A stretch of 64,000 nt of DNA. Origin: Gemmatimonadota bacterium. GTDB lineage: Bacteria > Gemmatimonadota > Gemmatimonadetes > Gemmatimonadales > GWC2-71-9. Both the position numbers and the translations under genes were made by a program. Shown here one piece after another: positions 47,401 to 56,400 of this stretch (positions are counted from its first letter, which is position 1; every line of letters begins with the position of its first letter). The stretch is taken from positions 162,307-226,306 of the forward strand of contig JBDHAB010000007.1 of assembly GCA_039588295.1 (NCBI GenBank). Reading direction: 5' to 3'. The notes beneath the pieces are model-generated. The model saw nothing but the letters and a program-made list of their open reading frames with translations, was not told the origin of the DNA and searched no databases.

Positions 47401-47486
47401 GCCTGGGTGTCGGAGTCATGGGTCTGGGCGGGCAACGATGTTCCGGCGAGACACCCGAGTCCGAGTGCGAGCAGTGTCTGACGCAT
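44445..47486 (-). CDS. Secreted VPS10/sortilin-like BNR-repeat (glycosyl hydrolase-like) protein
   Basis: IGPTRGGRV, many S/TxDxGxTW Asp-boxes, HGDNHDLWI, GQQDN. Confidence 0.88.
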   Translation of the reverse strand: MRQTLLALGLGCLAGTSLPAQTHDSDTQAAQPSSFFEELSYRMIGPTRGGRVTAVAGHVDQPSTFYMGATGGGVWKTTDYGRTWRNMSDGYFETGSIGAIRVADSDPNVVWVGTGSDGLRSNVITGRGVYRSTDGGTTWTFAGLRETGQIGAVLVHPTNPAVAYVAAIGNAFGPSRDRGVYRTRNAGEVWEHILFISDSTGAVDLEFAPDNPAEIYASVWRAERKPWTIISGALEGGVYKSDDAGDSWRKLTNGLPTGLVGKSDLAVSAADPNRLYVLIEADREPGLYRSDDRGLTFRLVGNERGILNRPFYYTNVDADPTNADIVYISAEGFFQSADGGVTFTRRSTPHGDNHDLWINPGNPDVFIQSNDGGANVTLDGGRTWSSQHNQPTAELYQVDVDDQFPYWVYAGQQDNSTIAVPSRPPHAAPGGGLAYWRSVGGCETGPAVPKPGDPNIVYANCKGRFGRYNKTTGQEKQYYVGAQNLYGHNPRDLKYRFQRVSPIEVSPHDPDVVFHASQFLHVTRDDGVTWETISPDLTAFEPDKQVVSGAPITRDITGEEFYSTIYAVEESPLEQGVIWVGANDGPVHLTRDGGRTWTEITPAGLPPGGRVQHIDPSPHHPAKAYVAILRYLLDDWQPYLYRTADYGASWTRLTTGSNGIPANVPTRVVREDPDREGLLYAGTEFGMYVSFDDGRQWHPFQQNLPVTPVTDIKVHRQDLVLSTMGRSFWILDNVTPLHELSAELASEPVHLFTPRTAYRMRSIGSRQSSGGLPYPPSGATIDYYLAEPAGTMALEIVDGSGRVIQSFSSEDDRAPDTPDLPSPRTPRAPQRLRASAGMHRFTWNLRVPGAWDSRTQRAGRNGPLVPPGTYEVRLTAGNWSDTRTLTVRIDPRVAADGVTESDLVEQYGLRLDVQRAIGEARQLLARVRALRARLGRGGGGARNELAALESALATDSIRYSQPMLVDQLEYLDGMISRADQKVGRDAFTRFDELRDELDRVIERVRGVNIDTRE

Positions 47487-47511
47487 GGTGATTTCGCTGC
47501 TGGGGTGAGTG

Positions 47512-47892
47512 CTAGTCGTGGGATTCTCGATCGGGGGGAGGTCGCCGCGTCAGTTGCCGGCGCAGCATGGCGCCGAGTTCCAACCTGGCCCGTCGTAGGC
47601 GCGCGATCTCGCCGGCTGCACGCCAGAGCCGGTCGATGACCCCGCTTAGCGCGACCTGGGCCTCGACCTCGGAGAGTTCACCCGATACGATGCCGCTCAG
47701 CATTTGGAGGGCATTGCGCACGTGCCCCTCGGGACCCTCCCTGCGGTCGAGTGATCGGCGGCGGTCCTTGCCCCGTCTGCGATCGGGCGTGACCGCTGCC
47801 ATCCCAGAGCGCCGCTCGCCGAGGCGACGATCCAGACTGCGGCGGCGCTCAGGCGAGTTGCCGAACTTCCATGGTTGTTCATGGGAGGGCAT
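47512..47892 (-). CDS. Small Arg-rich hypothetical protein with (D/E)RR repeats
   Basis: ERRRSLDRRLGERR..DRRRGKDRRRSLDRR followed by an amphipathic helical segment. Confidence 0.55.
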   Translation of the reverse strand: MPSHEQPWKFGNSPERRRSLDRRLGERRSGMAAVTPDRRRGKDRRRSLDRREGPEGHVRNALQMLSGIVSGELSEVEAQVALSGVIDRLWRAAGEIARLRRARLELGAMLRRQLTRRPPPDRESHD

Positions 47893-48048
47893 TGCCGCCA
47901 AGGATACCATGATCCGCCCACGGGGGCCAGTCGTTTTGCGGTGACTGGCGGATTCGGTAGCCTGCGACGCAAATTCGGCTGTGATCGACAGCTGGTGAAG
48001 CCGTCGCGTACCGTCGGTTGGAACCCGAGCCCCTCGGAGAGAGACACA

Positions 48049-51000
48049 ATGAAGGTGAGAGATGTGTGGTTGACGGCGTCCCTGCTGCTGGCGGTGAGTG
48101 CCACGGTAAGCTCCACGCTGGTCGCGCAGACCCTGGATTCAGCGGCGCTTGCCGCGTTCCGCTGGCGCTCCATTGGACCCGCAAACATGGGGGGTCGGGT
48201 CACGGACGTCGAGGGAATCCCCAGCCCTTCGAAGACGTTCTTTGTCGCCACGGCGGCGGGAGGAATCTGGAAGACCACCAATGCAGGTACCACGTTCCGA
48301 CCCGTGTTCGACCACGAGCGTGTGATATCCATGGGCGACATCGCGATCGCACCCAGTGATACGATGGTGGTGTGGGCGGGAACGGGGGAGGAAGACTCCC
48401 GCAATTCGATTTCCCCTGGCGGTGGGATCTACAAATCGACCGATGGGGGTCTCACCTGGACCCTGAAGGGCCTCATCGAGACCCAGGTGATCGCGCGCAT
48501 TGTCGTTCACCCCACGAACCCGGATCTGGTGTACGTGGCTGCACTGGGCCGGATCTGGGGTCCGAACCGCGAGCGTGGTCTGTATCGCACCAAGGACGGC
48601 GGTGAAACCTGGGGGCTGATCAAGTTCGTCAGCGACGAGGCGGGCTTTGTCGACATCGCGATGCATCCCGCGAATCCCGATATCCTGTTTGCGTCGAGCT
48701 GGGAACGCGTGCGGGGTCCCTACTTCCTGAAGAGTGGTGGTCCCGGAAGCGCGCTGTGGAAGACGACGGACGGAGGGGAGACGTGGGCGAAGGTAGAGGG
48801 CGGTGGGTTCCCTGAGACCACGCTGGGTCGAATCGGGATCGCCATCGCACGCAGTAACCCCGAGATCATGTACGCGATCGTGGAAGCGGACACCGGCAGA
48901 GGGCATACGTCTCGCCCATCCGGTCTGTATCGGTCGGCGGATGGCGGGAACACGTGGGAGAAGACGGACGACAGCAACACTCGACCATTCTACTACTCGC
49001 AGGTGCGGGTCGATCCCAAGGACCCGGACCGGGTCTACTGGTCATCTACCCCGGTCAAGTTCTCCGATGAAGGCGGCCGGAATGCCAGAAACGCGACGGT
49101 GGGCATTCATGTCGATCATCACGCGATGTGGATCGATCCGAACGATCCCGAGCATTTCATCGTAGGGAATGATGGTGGAATCGCGCAGACCTGGGACCGC
49201 GGAGGGAACTACGATTTCATGAACATCTTGCCCCTTGGGCAGTTCTACGAAGTCAGTTACAACATGGACATCCCGTACCGGGTGTGCGGGGGATTGCAGG
49301 ACAACGGCTCCTGGTGTGGCCCCAGCCGGCGGACGCAGGGGAGCATCACGAACGCGATGTGGTTCAACATCAACGGCGGCGACGGCTTCTACACACAGCA
49401 GGATCCGAATGACCACTCCCTCGTCTACGCGGAGTCGCAGCGCGGCAACATGTCCCGGATCAATCTTGCCACCGGCGAGCGGACCAGTCTCCAGAAACCG
49501 AGCTGGCGTGACCGCTACATGGTGTTCGAGGACTCGATCATCATCGACTGGCCAGATACGACCCAGCAGCCACGAGGACAACTCCGGCGACGCATCGACG
49601 ACCTCCGCCAGCGGCAGCGAGCCGATTCCATTGCGCTGGGTCTTCGATGGAACTGGAATACGCCGTTTCTGATCTCGCAGCATAACTCCGCGGTGTTCTA
49701 CACCGGCGCCAATCGCGTGCTCAGGTCGAGCAACCGGGGTGACGACTTGTACCCGATCTCGCCTGATCTGACGACGAACGATCAGGACAAGATCCGCGTG
49801 TCCACCCGGGAGACCGGTGGGATCACTCCGGACAACACGGGTGCCGAGACCTACTGCACGATCGTCGCCTTGGCCGAGTCACCCATCCGCCCGGGGTTGC
49901 TCTACGTGGGGACGGACGACGGGAGAGTCTGGCTCACGCGGAACGACGGTGGGGACTGGGAGGAGCTGAGCAATCGGTTTCCCGGCCTTCCGGAGCGCAG
50001 CTATGTGGTCAGGATCGAGCCCTCGCACCACGACACGAGCCGGTTCTATGTCGCGTTTGACCGTCATCGAAGCGATGACTTGAAGCCCCACCTGTACGTG
50101 ACGAACGACTACGGGCAAACGTTCCAGTCGATCGTCAACAACCTGCCAAGGGGAGCACCGGACTTCCTGCACGTCGTGCGAGAGGATCCTCACAATCCGG
50201 ACCTCTTGTTCGTGGGTACGGACGTGGGTGTGTATGTGTCGCGCGATCGCGGCGCCACCTGGCAGCAATTCATGACCGGTCTCCCGACGGTGCCGGTGCA
50301 CGATCTGCAGATTCACCCGCGCGATCGGGAGTTGATTGCCGGCACGCATGGCCGGTCGATCTGGATCGTGGACATCGCGCCGCTGGAACAGCTGACGGAC
50401 GCGGTGTTGGCCGCCGATGCGCATCTGTTTGAGCCGCGGACGGCGTACCAGTTTGGGGAACCGCGCGTCGGCGGAGGATCGCCGGGTCACAAGGCCTTCC
50501 GGGGGAGTAGCCCGTCGTACGGCGCTGAGATCGTGTATCGTCTGACGAGTGGGGAGCCGCGCTCGCAGGTCGACATCGTGATCACCGATGTCACGGGCGA
50601 CACGGTCCGGACGCTGCAAGGTTCCGGCGGCCCAGGGATCCACCGTGTGACGTGGAATTTCCAAGGCGAGCGGCCGCCCGCGCCGGAGCTGTCTCCCGCT
50701 GGGCGTCGCGACAGCATCATCGGAGCGCGGAAGTTGGACGCCGTGTTCGACTCTCTGGCCGAGGCGGGGATGGACGCGCGGATGCTCGACCGCGTGAAAC
50801 AGCGGTATCTAAGCGGCACCACCCAGGAACTGTTCCGCCGATTCGCCCGGGGGCAAACACAACGTGGTCGTTTTGTTGAACGGCCCGGCGAGTCACGGGC
50901 GACCCGTGCGCGACGACGCGCGGCGGCCGAGGCAGAAGAACAGGCGCCGCAGCGGGTGCAGGGTGAGGGCATGATGCCCGATCAGGACACGATGCGCGAG

Positions 51001-51198
51001 ATATCCTCGGCGGTGCGCCGCGCACTTGGTCGGGGATTCAGCTTCGCGGGGAATCGGGGTCCTGCTCCGGTGGCGGAGACGGGCGACTATCTCGTGAGCA
51101 TCACGGTCGGTGACTCCACGATGAGCCGGGTGCTCCGCGTTGAGCGATTGCACGGCGGTGGCGGACCGGGCTCCCGATTCGACGAGATCCAACGGTAG
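48049..51198 (+). CDS. Secreted VPS10/sortilin-like BNR-repeat (glycosyl hydrolase-like) protein
   Basis: WRSIGPANMGGRV, Asp-box repeats, HVDHHAMWI, GGLQDNG, WNWNTP. RBS GGAGA. Confidence 0.88.
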   Translation: MKVRDVWLTASLLLAVSATVSSTLVAQTLDSAALAAFRWRSIGPANMGGRVTDVEGIPSPSKTFFVATAAGGIWKTTNAGTTFRPVFDHERVISMGDIAIAPSDTMVVWAGTGEEDSRNSISPGGGIYKSTDGGLTWTLKGLIETQVIARIVVHPTNPDLVYVAALGRIWGPNRERGLYRTKDGGETWGLIKFVSDEAGFVDIAMHPANPDILFASSWERVRGPYFLKSGGPGSALWKTTDGGETWAKVEGGGFPETTLGRIGIAIARSNPEIMYAIVEADTGRGHTSRPSGLYRSADGGNTWEKTDDSNTRPFYYSQVRVDPKDPDRVYWSSTPVKFSDEGGRNARNATVGIHVDHHAMWIDPNDPEHFIVGNDGGIAQTWDRGGNYDFMNILPLGQFYEVSYNMDIPYRVCGGLQDNGSWCGPSRRTQGSITNAMWFNINGGDGFYTQQDPNDHSLVYAESQRGNMSRINLATGERTSLQKPSWRDRYMVFEDSIIIDWPDTTQQPRGQLRRRIDDLRQRQRADSIALGLRWNWNTPFLISQHNSAVFYTGANRVLRSSNRGDDLYPISPDLTTNDQDKIRVSTRETGGITPDNTGAETYCTIVALAESPIRPGLLYVGTDDGRVWLTRNDGGDWEELSNRFPGLPERSYVVRIEPSHHDTSRFYVAFDRHRSDDLKPHLYVTNDYGQTFQSIVNNLPRGAPDFLHVVREDPHNPDLLFVGTDVGVYVSRDRGATWQQFMTGLPTVPVHDLQIHPRDRELIAGTHGRSIWIVDIAPLEQLTDAVLAADAHLFEPRTAYQFGEPRVGGGSPGHKAFRGSSPSYGAEIVYRLTSGEPRSQVDIVITDVTGDTVRTLQGSGGPGIHRVTWNFQGERPPAPELSPAGRRDSIIGARKLDAVFDSLAEAGMDARMLDRVKQRYLSGTTQELFRRFARGQTQRGRFVERPGESRATRARRRAAAEAEEQAPQRVQGEGMMPDQDTMREISSAVRRALGRGFSFAGNRGPAPVAETGDYLVSITVGDSTMSRVLRVERLHGGGGPGSRFDEIQR

Positions 51199-51222
51199 CT
51201 CGCTGCGTGCCCCGCCGAGCCC

Positions 51223-51259
51223 AGCGCCCCGGGAGGTTCACCCCGGGGCGCTCTCGTTT
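51223..51259 (+). terminator. Probable intrinsic terminator hairpin
   Basis: AGCGCCCCGGG-aggttcac-CCCGGGGCGCT then CTCGTTT, shortly after the stop. Confidence 0.55.
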
Positions 51260-51347
51260 GCGAGAGCAGATGCGGTCACCCGATCGGATCGATAGCTTTG
51301 CGGCAACGGTTGCCGCGTTCCATGCTCGGCGTTTCAGGAGGAGAGCC

Positions 51348-53219
51348 ATGCGCCTCACTACGAGGTCTGTCGCTCGTTCGAGATCCGTGATACTCTTCGC
51401 CATCTTGCTCACAGCGCCCCAATCCATGCTTGCCCAACGCACCGCAAAGCCGGTACTCCATGGTCGCCACTGGGTGGCGATCACCGGGAAGCCCCTCGGT
51501 GCCACTGCCGGTGCGCGGATGTTCCACCGGGGCGGCAACGCGGTGGACGCGGCGTGCGCGATGCTCGCGGCGACGGCGACGATGTGGGACGTGTTGAGTT
51601 GGGGCGGCGAGACCCAGGCCCTGATCTACGATCCGAACACCCGTCGCGTCATCGGCATCAACGCACTTGGCGTCGCTCCTGCGGGCGCGACCCCTGAGTT
51701 CTTCCGTGCGCAGGACATGTGGTATCCGCCTCGCTACGGCCCGCTCGCCGCGGTCACCCCGGGAACGCCTGGGGGGCTCATGACCATGCTCGCGGAGTGG
51801 GGGACGTTGAGTCTGGCCGAGGTGCTGGAACCAGCCATCCAGATGGCGGACGGCTATCCGATCGAGGCACAGACTGCGAACACCATTGAGCGGCAGAAGG
51901 AACGGATTCGGAACTGGCAGTACTCACGTGAGGTGCATCTAACGCACCAGGGTGAGGATCGGGAAGCTCCGTACCCGGGTGAGATCTTCGTGCAGTCGGA
52001 TCTCGCGGTGACCTTGCGAAAGCTCGTCGAGGCCGAACGGGAAGCGCTGGCTGCGGGGAAGAGTCGCAAAGAGGCCATCTACGCTGCGAACGACCGCTTC
52101 TACAAGGGCGACATCGCGCGGGAGTTTGTCCGGGGTGCGCGGGAAGAGGGTGCGCTCATCACGTTGGAGGACTTGGCGAACTGGCAGGTGTACGTCGAGG
52201 AACCCGTGAGCACCACCTACAAAGGCATCGAGGTCTACAAGTTGACCCACTGGGTACAGGGACCTGTGATGCTCCAGGCGTTGAACATCCTCGAGAACTT
52301 CGATCTCGCGGCGATGGGGTACAACAGCGCTCGCTATGTTCACGCGCTCTACCAGGCAATGAACCTCGCATTTGCAGACCGTGATTTCTACTACGGCGAT
52401 CCCTACTTCCCACCGGAGGAGCCGATCAGCGGACTGCTTTCAAAGGAATACGCCCAGGCACGGGCGCAACGAATCGACTGGGAGCGGAACGTCCCCGACG
52501 TGAAGCCGGGTGACCCCTACCCACACATGGGGTTGCAGAACCCGTACCTCGAGTACCTCCGCAACTGGCCCCCGCGGGAGGCGGCGACGACCACGGAAGC
52601 CGCACTGGAGACCGACGACTGGATGGAGTCGTTCTACCTTGGCACGACGTCGATTCAGGCTGCCGACAAGGAGGGGTGGGTCGTGTCGGTCACGCCCAGC
52701 GGCGGGTGGATTCCCGCGGTCATCGCCGGCCGGACCGGTGTCGGGTTGAGTCAGCGAATGCAGAGCTTCGTCCTGGATCCCGCGGAAAACCCGTTCAATG
52801 TGGTCGAGCCGGGCAAACGACCCCGGGCAACGCTCACGCCGGGAATGGCGCTGCGAGACGGCAGGCCGTATTTGTCGTTTGCGGTGCAGGGAGGCGATAC
52901 CCAAGACCAGAACCTGCTGCAGTTCTTCCTCAACGTGGTCGAGTTTGGCATGAACGTGCAGGAGGCGGCTGAGGCACCGAACATCGCGAGCTACCAGCTG
53001 CATGACTCCTTTGGGGAGCACGGAAAGCAGCCGGGGCGGCTCACGCTGAACGAGTCGGTGCCACCTTGGGTGCGCAAGGAGTTGCGCGCGATGGGATACC
53101 GTTTGGACTTCCGCCCGTTCACGTCGGGGCCTATCAACGCGATTTACTTCGATTGGGCGCACGGCAGCTTCTGGGGCGGCTCGAGCAACTACGGGGAGGA
53201 CTACGGGATCGCGTGGTGA
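51348..53219 (+). CDS. ggt: Gamma-glutamyltransferase family protein
   Basis: GGNAVDAA, FYKGDIA, LAFADRD, GTTS (Thr nucleophile), PGKRPRATL, GGDTQ. RBS AGGAGG. Confidence 0.92.
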   Translation: MRLTTRSVARSRSVILFAILLTAPQSMLAQRTAKPVLHGRHWVAITGKPLGATAGARMFHRGGNAVDAACAMLAATATMWDVLSWGGETQALIYDPNTRRVIGINALGVAPAGATPEFFRAQDMWYPPRYGPLAAVTPGTPGGLMTMLAEWGTLSLAEVLEPAIQMADGYPIEAQTANTIERQKERIRNWQYSREVHLTHQGEDREAPYPGEIFVQSDLAVTLRKLVEAEREALAAGKSRKEAIYAANDRFYKGDIAREFVRGAREEGALITLEDLANWQVYVEEPVSTTYKGIEVYKLTHWVQGPVMLQALNILENFDLAAMGYNSARYVHALYQAMNLAFADRDFYYGDPYFPPEEPISGLLSKEYAQARAQRIDWERNVPDVKPGDPYPHMGLQNPYLEYLRNWPPREAATTTEAALETDDWMESFYLGTTSIQAADKEGWVVSVTPSGGWIPAVIAGRTGVGLSQRMQSFVLDPAENPFNVVEPGKRPRATLTPGMALRDGRPYLSFAVQGGDTQDQNLLQFFLNVVEFGMNVQEAAEAPNIASYQLHDSFGEHGKQPGRLTLNESVPPWVRKELRAMGYRLDFRPFTSGPINAIYFDWAHGSFWGGSSNYGEDYGIAW

Positions 53220-53298
53220 GGAAGCGTAGGGTGTCACGTCTCGTTGGCCGAACCCGTTAGTTTGTGGTTTCGTGCCAACGGGTTGAAACTCGGAGTCA

Positions 53299-53781
53299 GT
53301 GCTGCAACCTGAGGAGAGCCGTTCCAAGACGACGCTGATCGCGGTGTCGGGCCGCGTGGTGGAAGGGCATCGCGTCGCCTCGGGTCAGGCCGAACGTAGT
53401 CCGTATCCTGCGGGGTCGATTGCGCTGCAGGTACCGCACTTCCAGGTCCGAGGTCTCGACCTTTCGCGCTTCTATCCTGCGACCCTCAACGTCGAGATCG
53501 CAGCGCGTAGATTCGTGATGAAGAACCCGGCGTATCGGTTCGAGCAGGTTCGGTGGTTTCTGCCTAACCTCCCCGAGGATTTCTCGTTTTCGCGGTGTCA
53601 GGTTGGCGTTCGAGATCGACTGTGTGACGGTTGGGTGTACTACCCTCATCCCGACACAAAGCCCGCCCACTGGCAAGCCCCCAACATCATCGAAGTGATC
53701 ACGTCCTGGCTTGACGGTATCACATACGGTGATGCGGTGACGCTCCATCTTGATCCTCTTGAAATCGACATCCTGGACTGA
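53299..53781 (+). CDS. Hypothetical protein, CTP-dependent riboflavin kinase-like fold
   Basis: SGRVVEGHRVASG, FYPATLNVEI, IIEVI..L....GD.V.L. Confidence 0.6.
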   Translation: MLQPEESRSKTTLIAVSGRVVEGHRVASGQAERSPYPAGSIALQVPHFQVRGLDLSRFYPATLNVEIAARRFVMKNPAYRFEQVRWFLPNLPEDFSFSRCQVGVRDRLCDGWVYYPHPDTKPAHWQAPNIIEVITSWLDGITYGDAVTLHLDPLEIDILD

Positions 53782-54062
53782 ACGGAATACGCGCACTCGT
53801 ATCGACCGCCCGCTGCAGACCAAGCAGACGTGGTCCTTCGCGGCCTCTAGTGAAGGATGCGTGACGGTAGTGCGCTACTCTCAACAACACGTCAACAGCA
53901 ACTGAACAACTCTCAAATCGTGAGAGGCTACCCGAGAATTTCACTTCGATTGTGGTATTGCTACCACTCTTGTCAGGAAACGTCCCGCATCGTATTAAAG
54001 CGAACACAGACAAAAACCATTCCCGTCGGTAGCCCTCCCCGCCCCGAGTGAGAGGTATCGTC

Positions 54063-56177
54063 ATGCCGAAGCGGAAGTCGTGGTTGCTCCCGTCCCTGTG
54101 CGCCGCTGGGCTCACCCTCGCCTGCGACGTGCCCACCGAGCTGCCTACCGCGCCGCTGGATGTCCCGGAGGCCGCCCTGCTGCGCTGCCAGGCGGATGTC
54201 ACCGCTGGCACGCTGGCGTGCGGGACCGGCGTCCCCGAGGCGGCGCCGGGGCTCGCACTGGCCGTGACCCTCGGGGGCCAGGGGATCTACGTCCGGCTGG
54301 CGTCGGCCAACGTGGCGTACGACGGCGGCACTCAAGTCTTTCAGGCGGACGTGACGGTGCAGAATATGGTGGCGCAACCGCTGGGGACGCCGGATGGCAC
54401 GACGGTGAGCGGCATCAAAGTGTTCTTCCACACCGGGCCCACGGTCACCAGCGGGACCGGGACGGTGACGGTGGCCAACGCGGATGGAACGGGGACGTTC
54501 ACCGGGTCGAGTCAGCTGTACTTCGAGTATGCCGAGCAGTTGGCGACGGGGGCCACGTCGGCCGCGAAGACGTGGCAGTGGAGTGTGCCGCCGACGGTGG
54601 GGCGGTTCGAGTTCACGGTGTACGTGAACGCCGAGCTGCCGGACGAGCAGAGTGTGTTGCGTTGGGGGGGCTGGGGCGGCGCCACCAGCGCGTCGATGCG
54701 GGGCGTCTGGGGCGCTTCGGGAACGGATGTGTTCGCTGTGGGTAGCGGTGGCACTATTCTGCATTACGACGGCTCGGCCTGGAGCCCGCAGACCAGCGGG
54801 ACTACGCAGTTCCTGCGGGCCACCTGGGGCAGCTCGGGGACGGACGTCTTCGCCGTGGGCGAAGGCGGCACCATCGTGCACTACGACGGCTCGAGCTGGA
54901 GCACCCAGACCAGCAACGCCACGTCACGTCTGCGGGATGTCTGGGGCAGCGCGGCGACGGACGTCTTCTCGGTGGGTTTTATCGGCACCATTCGGCACTA
55001 CGACGGCTCGAGTTGGAGCGCCCAGACCAGCGGAACCACGCAACACCTCCTTGGCGTCTGGGGTAGCTCGGCGACGGACGTGTTCGCCGTGGGCGTCGAC
55101 GGCACCATCCTGCACTACGACGGCTCGAGTTGGAGCGCCCAGACCAGCGGGACCACGGAGTTCCTGTGGGGCGTCTGGGGCACCTCAGCCACCGACGTCT
55201 ACGCCGTGGGCGAGGCAGGCACGATCCTGCACTACGACGGTTCGAGTTGGAGCGCCCAGACCAGCGGGACCCCGAGTCTGTGGCGCGTCTGGGGCAGCTC
55301 GGCGACGGACGTCTTCGCCGTGGGCGAGGGGGCCACCATCCTGCACAACGACGGGTTGGGATGGAGCACCCAGACCAGCGGGACGAACGACCACCTCTTT
55401 GGAGTCTGGGGCAGCTCCGCTGCGGACGTGTTTGCCGTGGGCGCAACCGGCGCCATCGTGAGCTACGACGGCTCGGGTTGGAGCGCCCAGACCAGCGGGA
55501 CGGCGGTGTGGCTCCAGGGCGTCTGGGGCAGCTCGGCGACGGACGTGTTCGCCGTTGGGGACGGCGGCACGATCCTGCATTACAGCGGGTCCGCCTGGAG
55601 CGCCCAGACCAGCGGCACCACAGAGTACCTGCGGGCCACCTGGGGCAGCTCGGGGACGGACGTGTTCGCCGCTGGGGCCGGCGGCACGATCCTGCATTAC
55701 GACGGGTCCGCCTGGAGCGCCCAGACGAGCGGCACCACGCAAATCCTGTTGGGCGTGGGGGGCAGTTCGTCGTCCGATGTCTTCGCGGTGGGGGGCAGTG
55801 GGACGATCCTGCACTATGATGGCTCGAGCTGGAGTGCCCAGACCAGTGGGACCGTGACTGCCCTCAATGCAGTCTGGGCCAGCTCGGCGACGGACGTGTT
55901 CGCCGTTGGGGCCGGCGGCACGATCCTGCATTACAACGGGTCCGCCTGGAGCGCGCAGACCAGCGGGACCACACAGCAGCTGTACGGCGTGTGGGGCAGC
56001 GCGGGCACGGATGTCTTCGCCGTGGGCAACGGCGGCACCGTCCTGCACTATGATGGCTCGAGTTGGAGCGCCCAGACCGGTGGGACCACGGCTTCCCTCA
56101 ATGCAGTCTGGGCTAGCTCGGCGACGGACGCCTTCGCCGTGGGCCTCGGCGGGCGGATCCGACACGGGACACGATGA
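54063..56177 (+). CDS. Surface lipoprotein with an N-terminal beta domain and 13 beta-propeller-type repeats
   Basis: Lipobox TLAC; repeat consensus LxGVWGSSATDVFAVGxGGTILHYDGSSWSAQTSGT. RBS GAGGT. Confidence 0.88.
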   Translation: MPKRKSWLLPSLCAAGLTLACDVPTELPTAPLDVPEAALLRCQADVTAGTLACGTGVPEAAPGLALAVTLGGQGIYVRLASANVAYDGGTQVFQADVTVQNMVAQPLGTPDGTTVSGIKVFFHTGPTVTSGTGTVTVANADGTGTFTGSSQLYFEYAEQLATGATSAAKTWQWSVPPTVGRFEFTVYVNAELPDEQSVLRWGGWGGATSASMRGVWGASGTDVFAVGSGGTILHYDGSAWSPQTSGTTQFLRATWGSSGTDVFAVGEGGTIVHYDGSSWSTQTSNATSRLRDVWGSAATDVFSVGFIGTIRHYDGSSWSAQTSGTTQHLLGVWGSSATDVFAVGVDGTILHYDGSSWSAQTSGTTEFLWGVWGTSATDVYAVGEAGTILHYDGSSWSAQTSGTPSLWRVWGSSATDVFAVGEGATILHNDGLGWSTQTSGTNDHLFGVWGSSAADVFAVGATGAIVSYDGSGWSAQTSGTAVWLQGVWGSSATDVFAVGDGGTILHYSGSAWSAQTSGTTEYLRATWGSSGTDVFAAGAGGTILHYDGSAWSAQTSGTTQILLGVGGSSSSDVFAVGGSGTILHYDGSSWSAQTSGTVTALNAVWASSATDVFAVGAGGTILHYNGSAWSAQTSGTTQQLYGVWGSAGTDVFAVGNGGTVLHYDGSSWSAQTGGTTASLNAVWASSATDAFAVGLGGRIRHGTR
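54690..56174 (+). repeat. Intragenic tandem repeat, about 117-bp unit x 13
   Basis: Trp codons of units 1 and 2 at 54708 and 54825 are 117 bp apart; one unit is a codon shorter and the last is partial. Confidence 0.9.
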
Positions 56178-56211
56178 GGCACGGGACGCGTCGTAAATCA
56201 CTGGGAGGACT

Positions 56212-56400
56212 ATGATGGACTCGGAGCATCAAGGACCGCAAAGCGCGACTGGCGGCCACGCTGATCCCGGACGCCGGATCCGGCGCCCGTGGGTGCCCCC
56301 GGAGCTGCAAGAGCTGCCGCGGCTCACCGATCTTACGCTGCAGACCGGCAGTCCCATTCCGGGTGTGGGCGATCCGGGCAGCGGCAGCACGGTGTTCTAG
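56212..56400 (+). CDS. Putative RiPP precursor peptide (lasso/RRE-binding-type leader)
   Basis: RBS GGGAGG at 56203-56208; leader RRPWVPPELQELPRLTDLTLQTG; Gly/Pro/Ser-rich core SPIPGVGDPGSGSTVF. Confidence 0.7.
   Translation: MMDSEHQGPQSATGGHADPGRRIRRPWVPPELQELPRLTDLTLQTGSPIPGVGDPGSGSTVF

Noticed and set aside
54690..56174. Regular repeats as a CRISPR array or DGR target
   Set aside because: The units are in-frame 117-bp coding repeats without unique spacers, and there is no cas or reverse transcriptase gene in the window.
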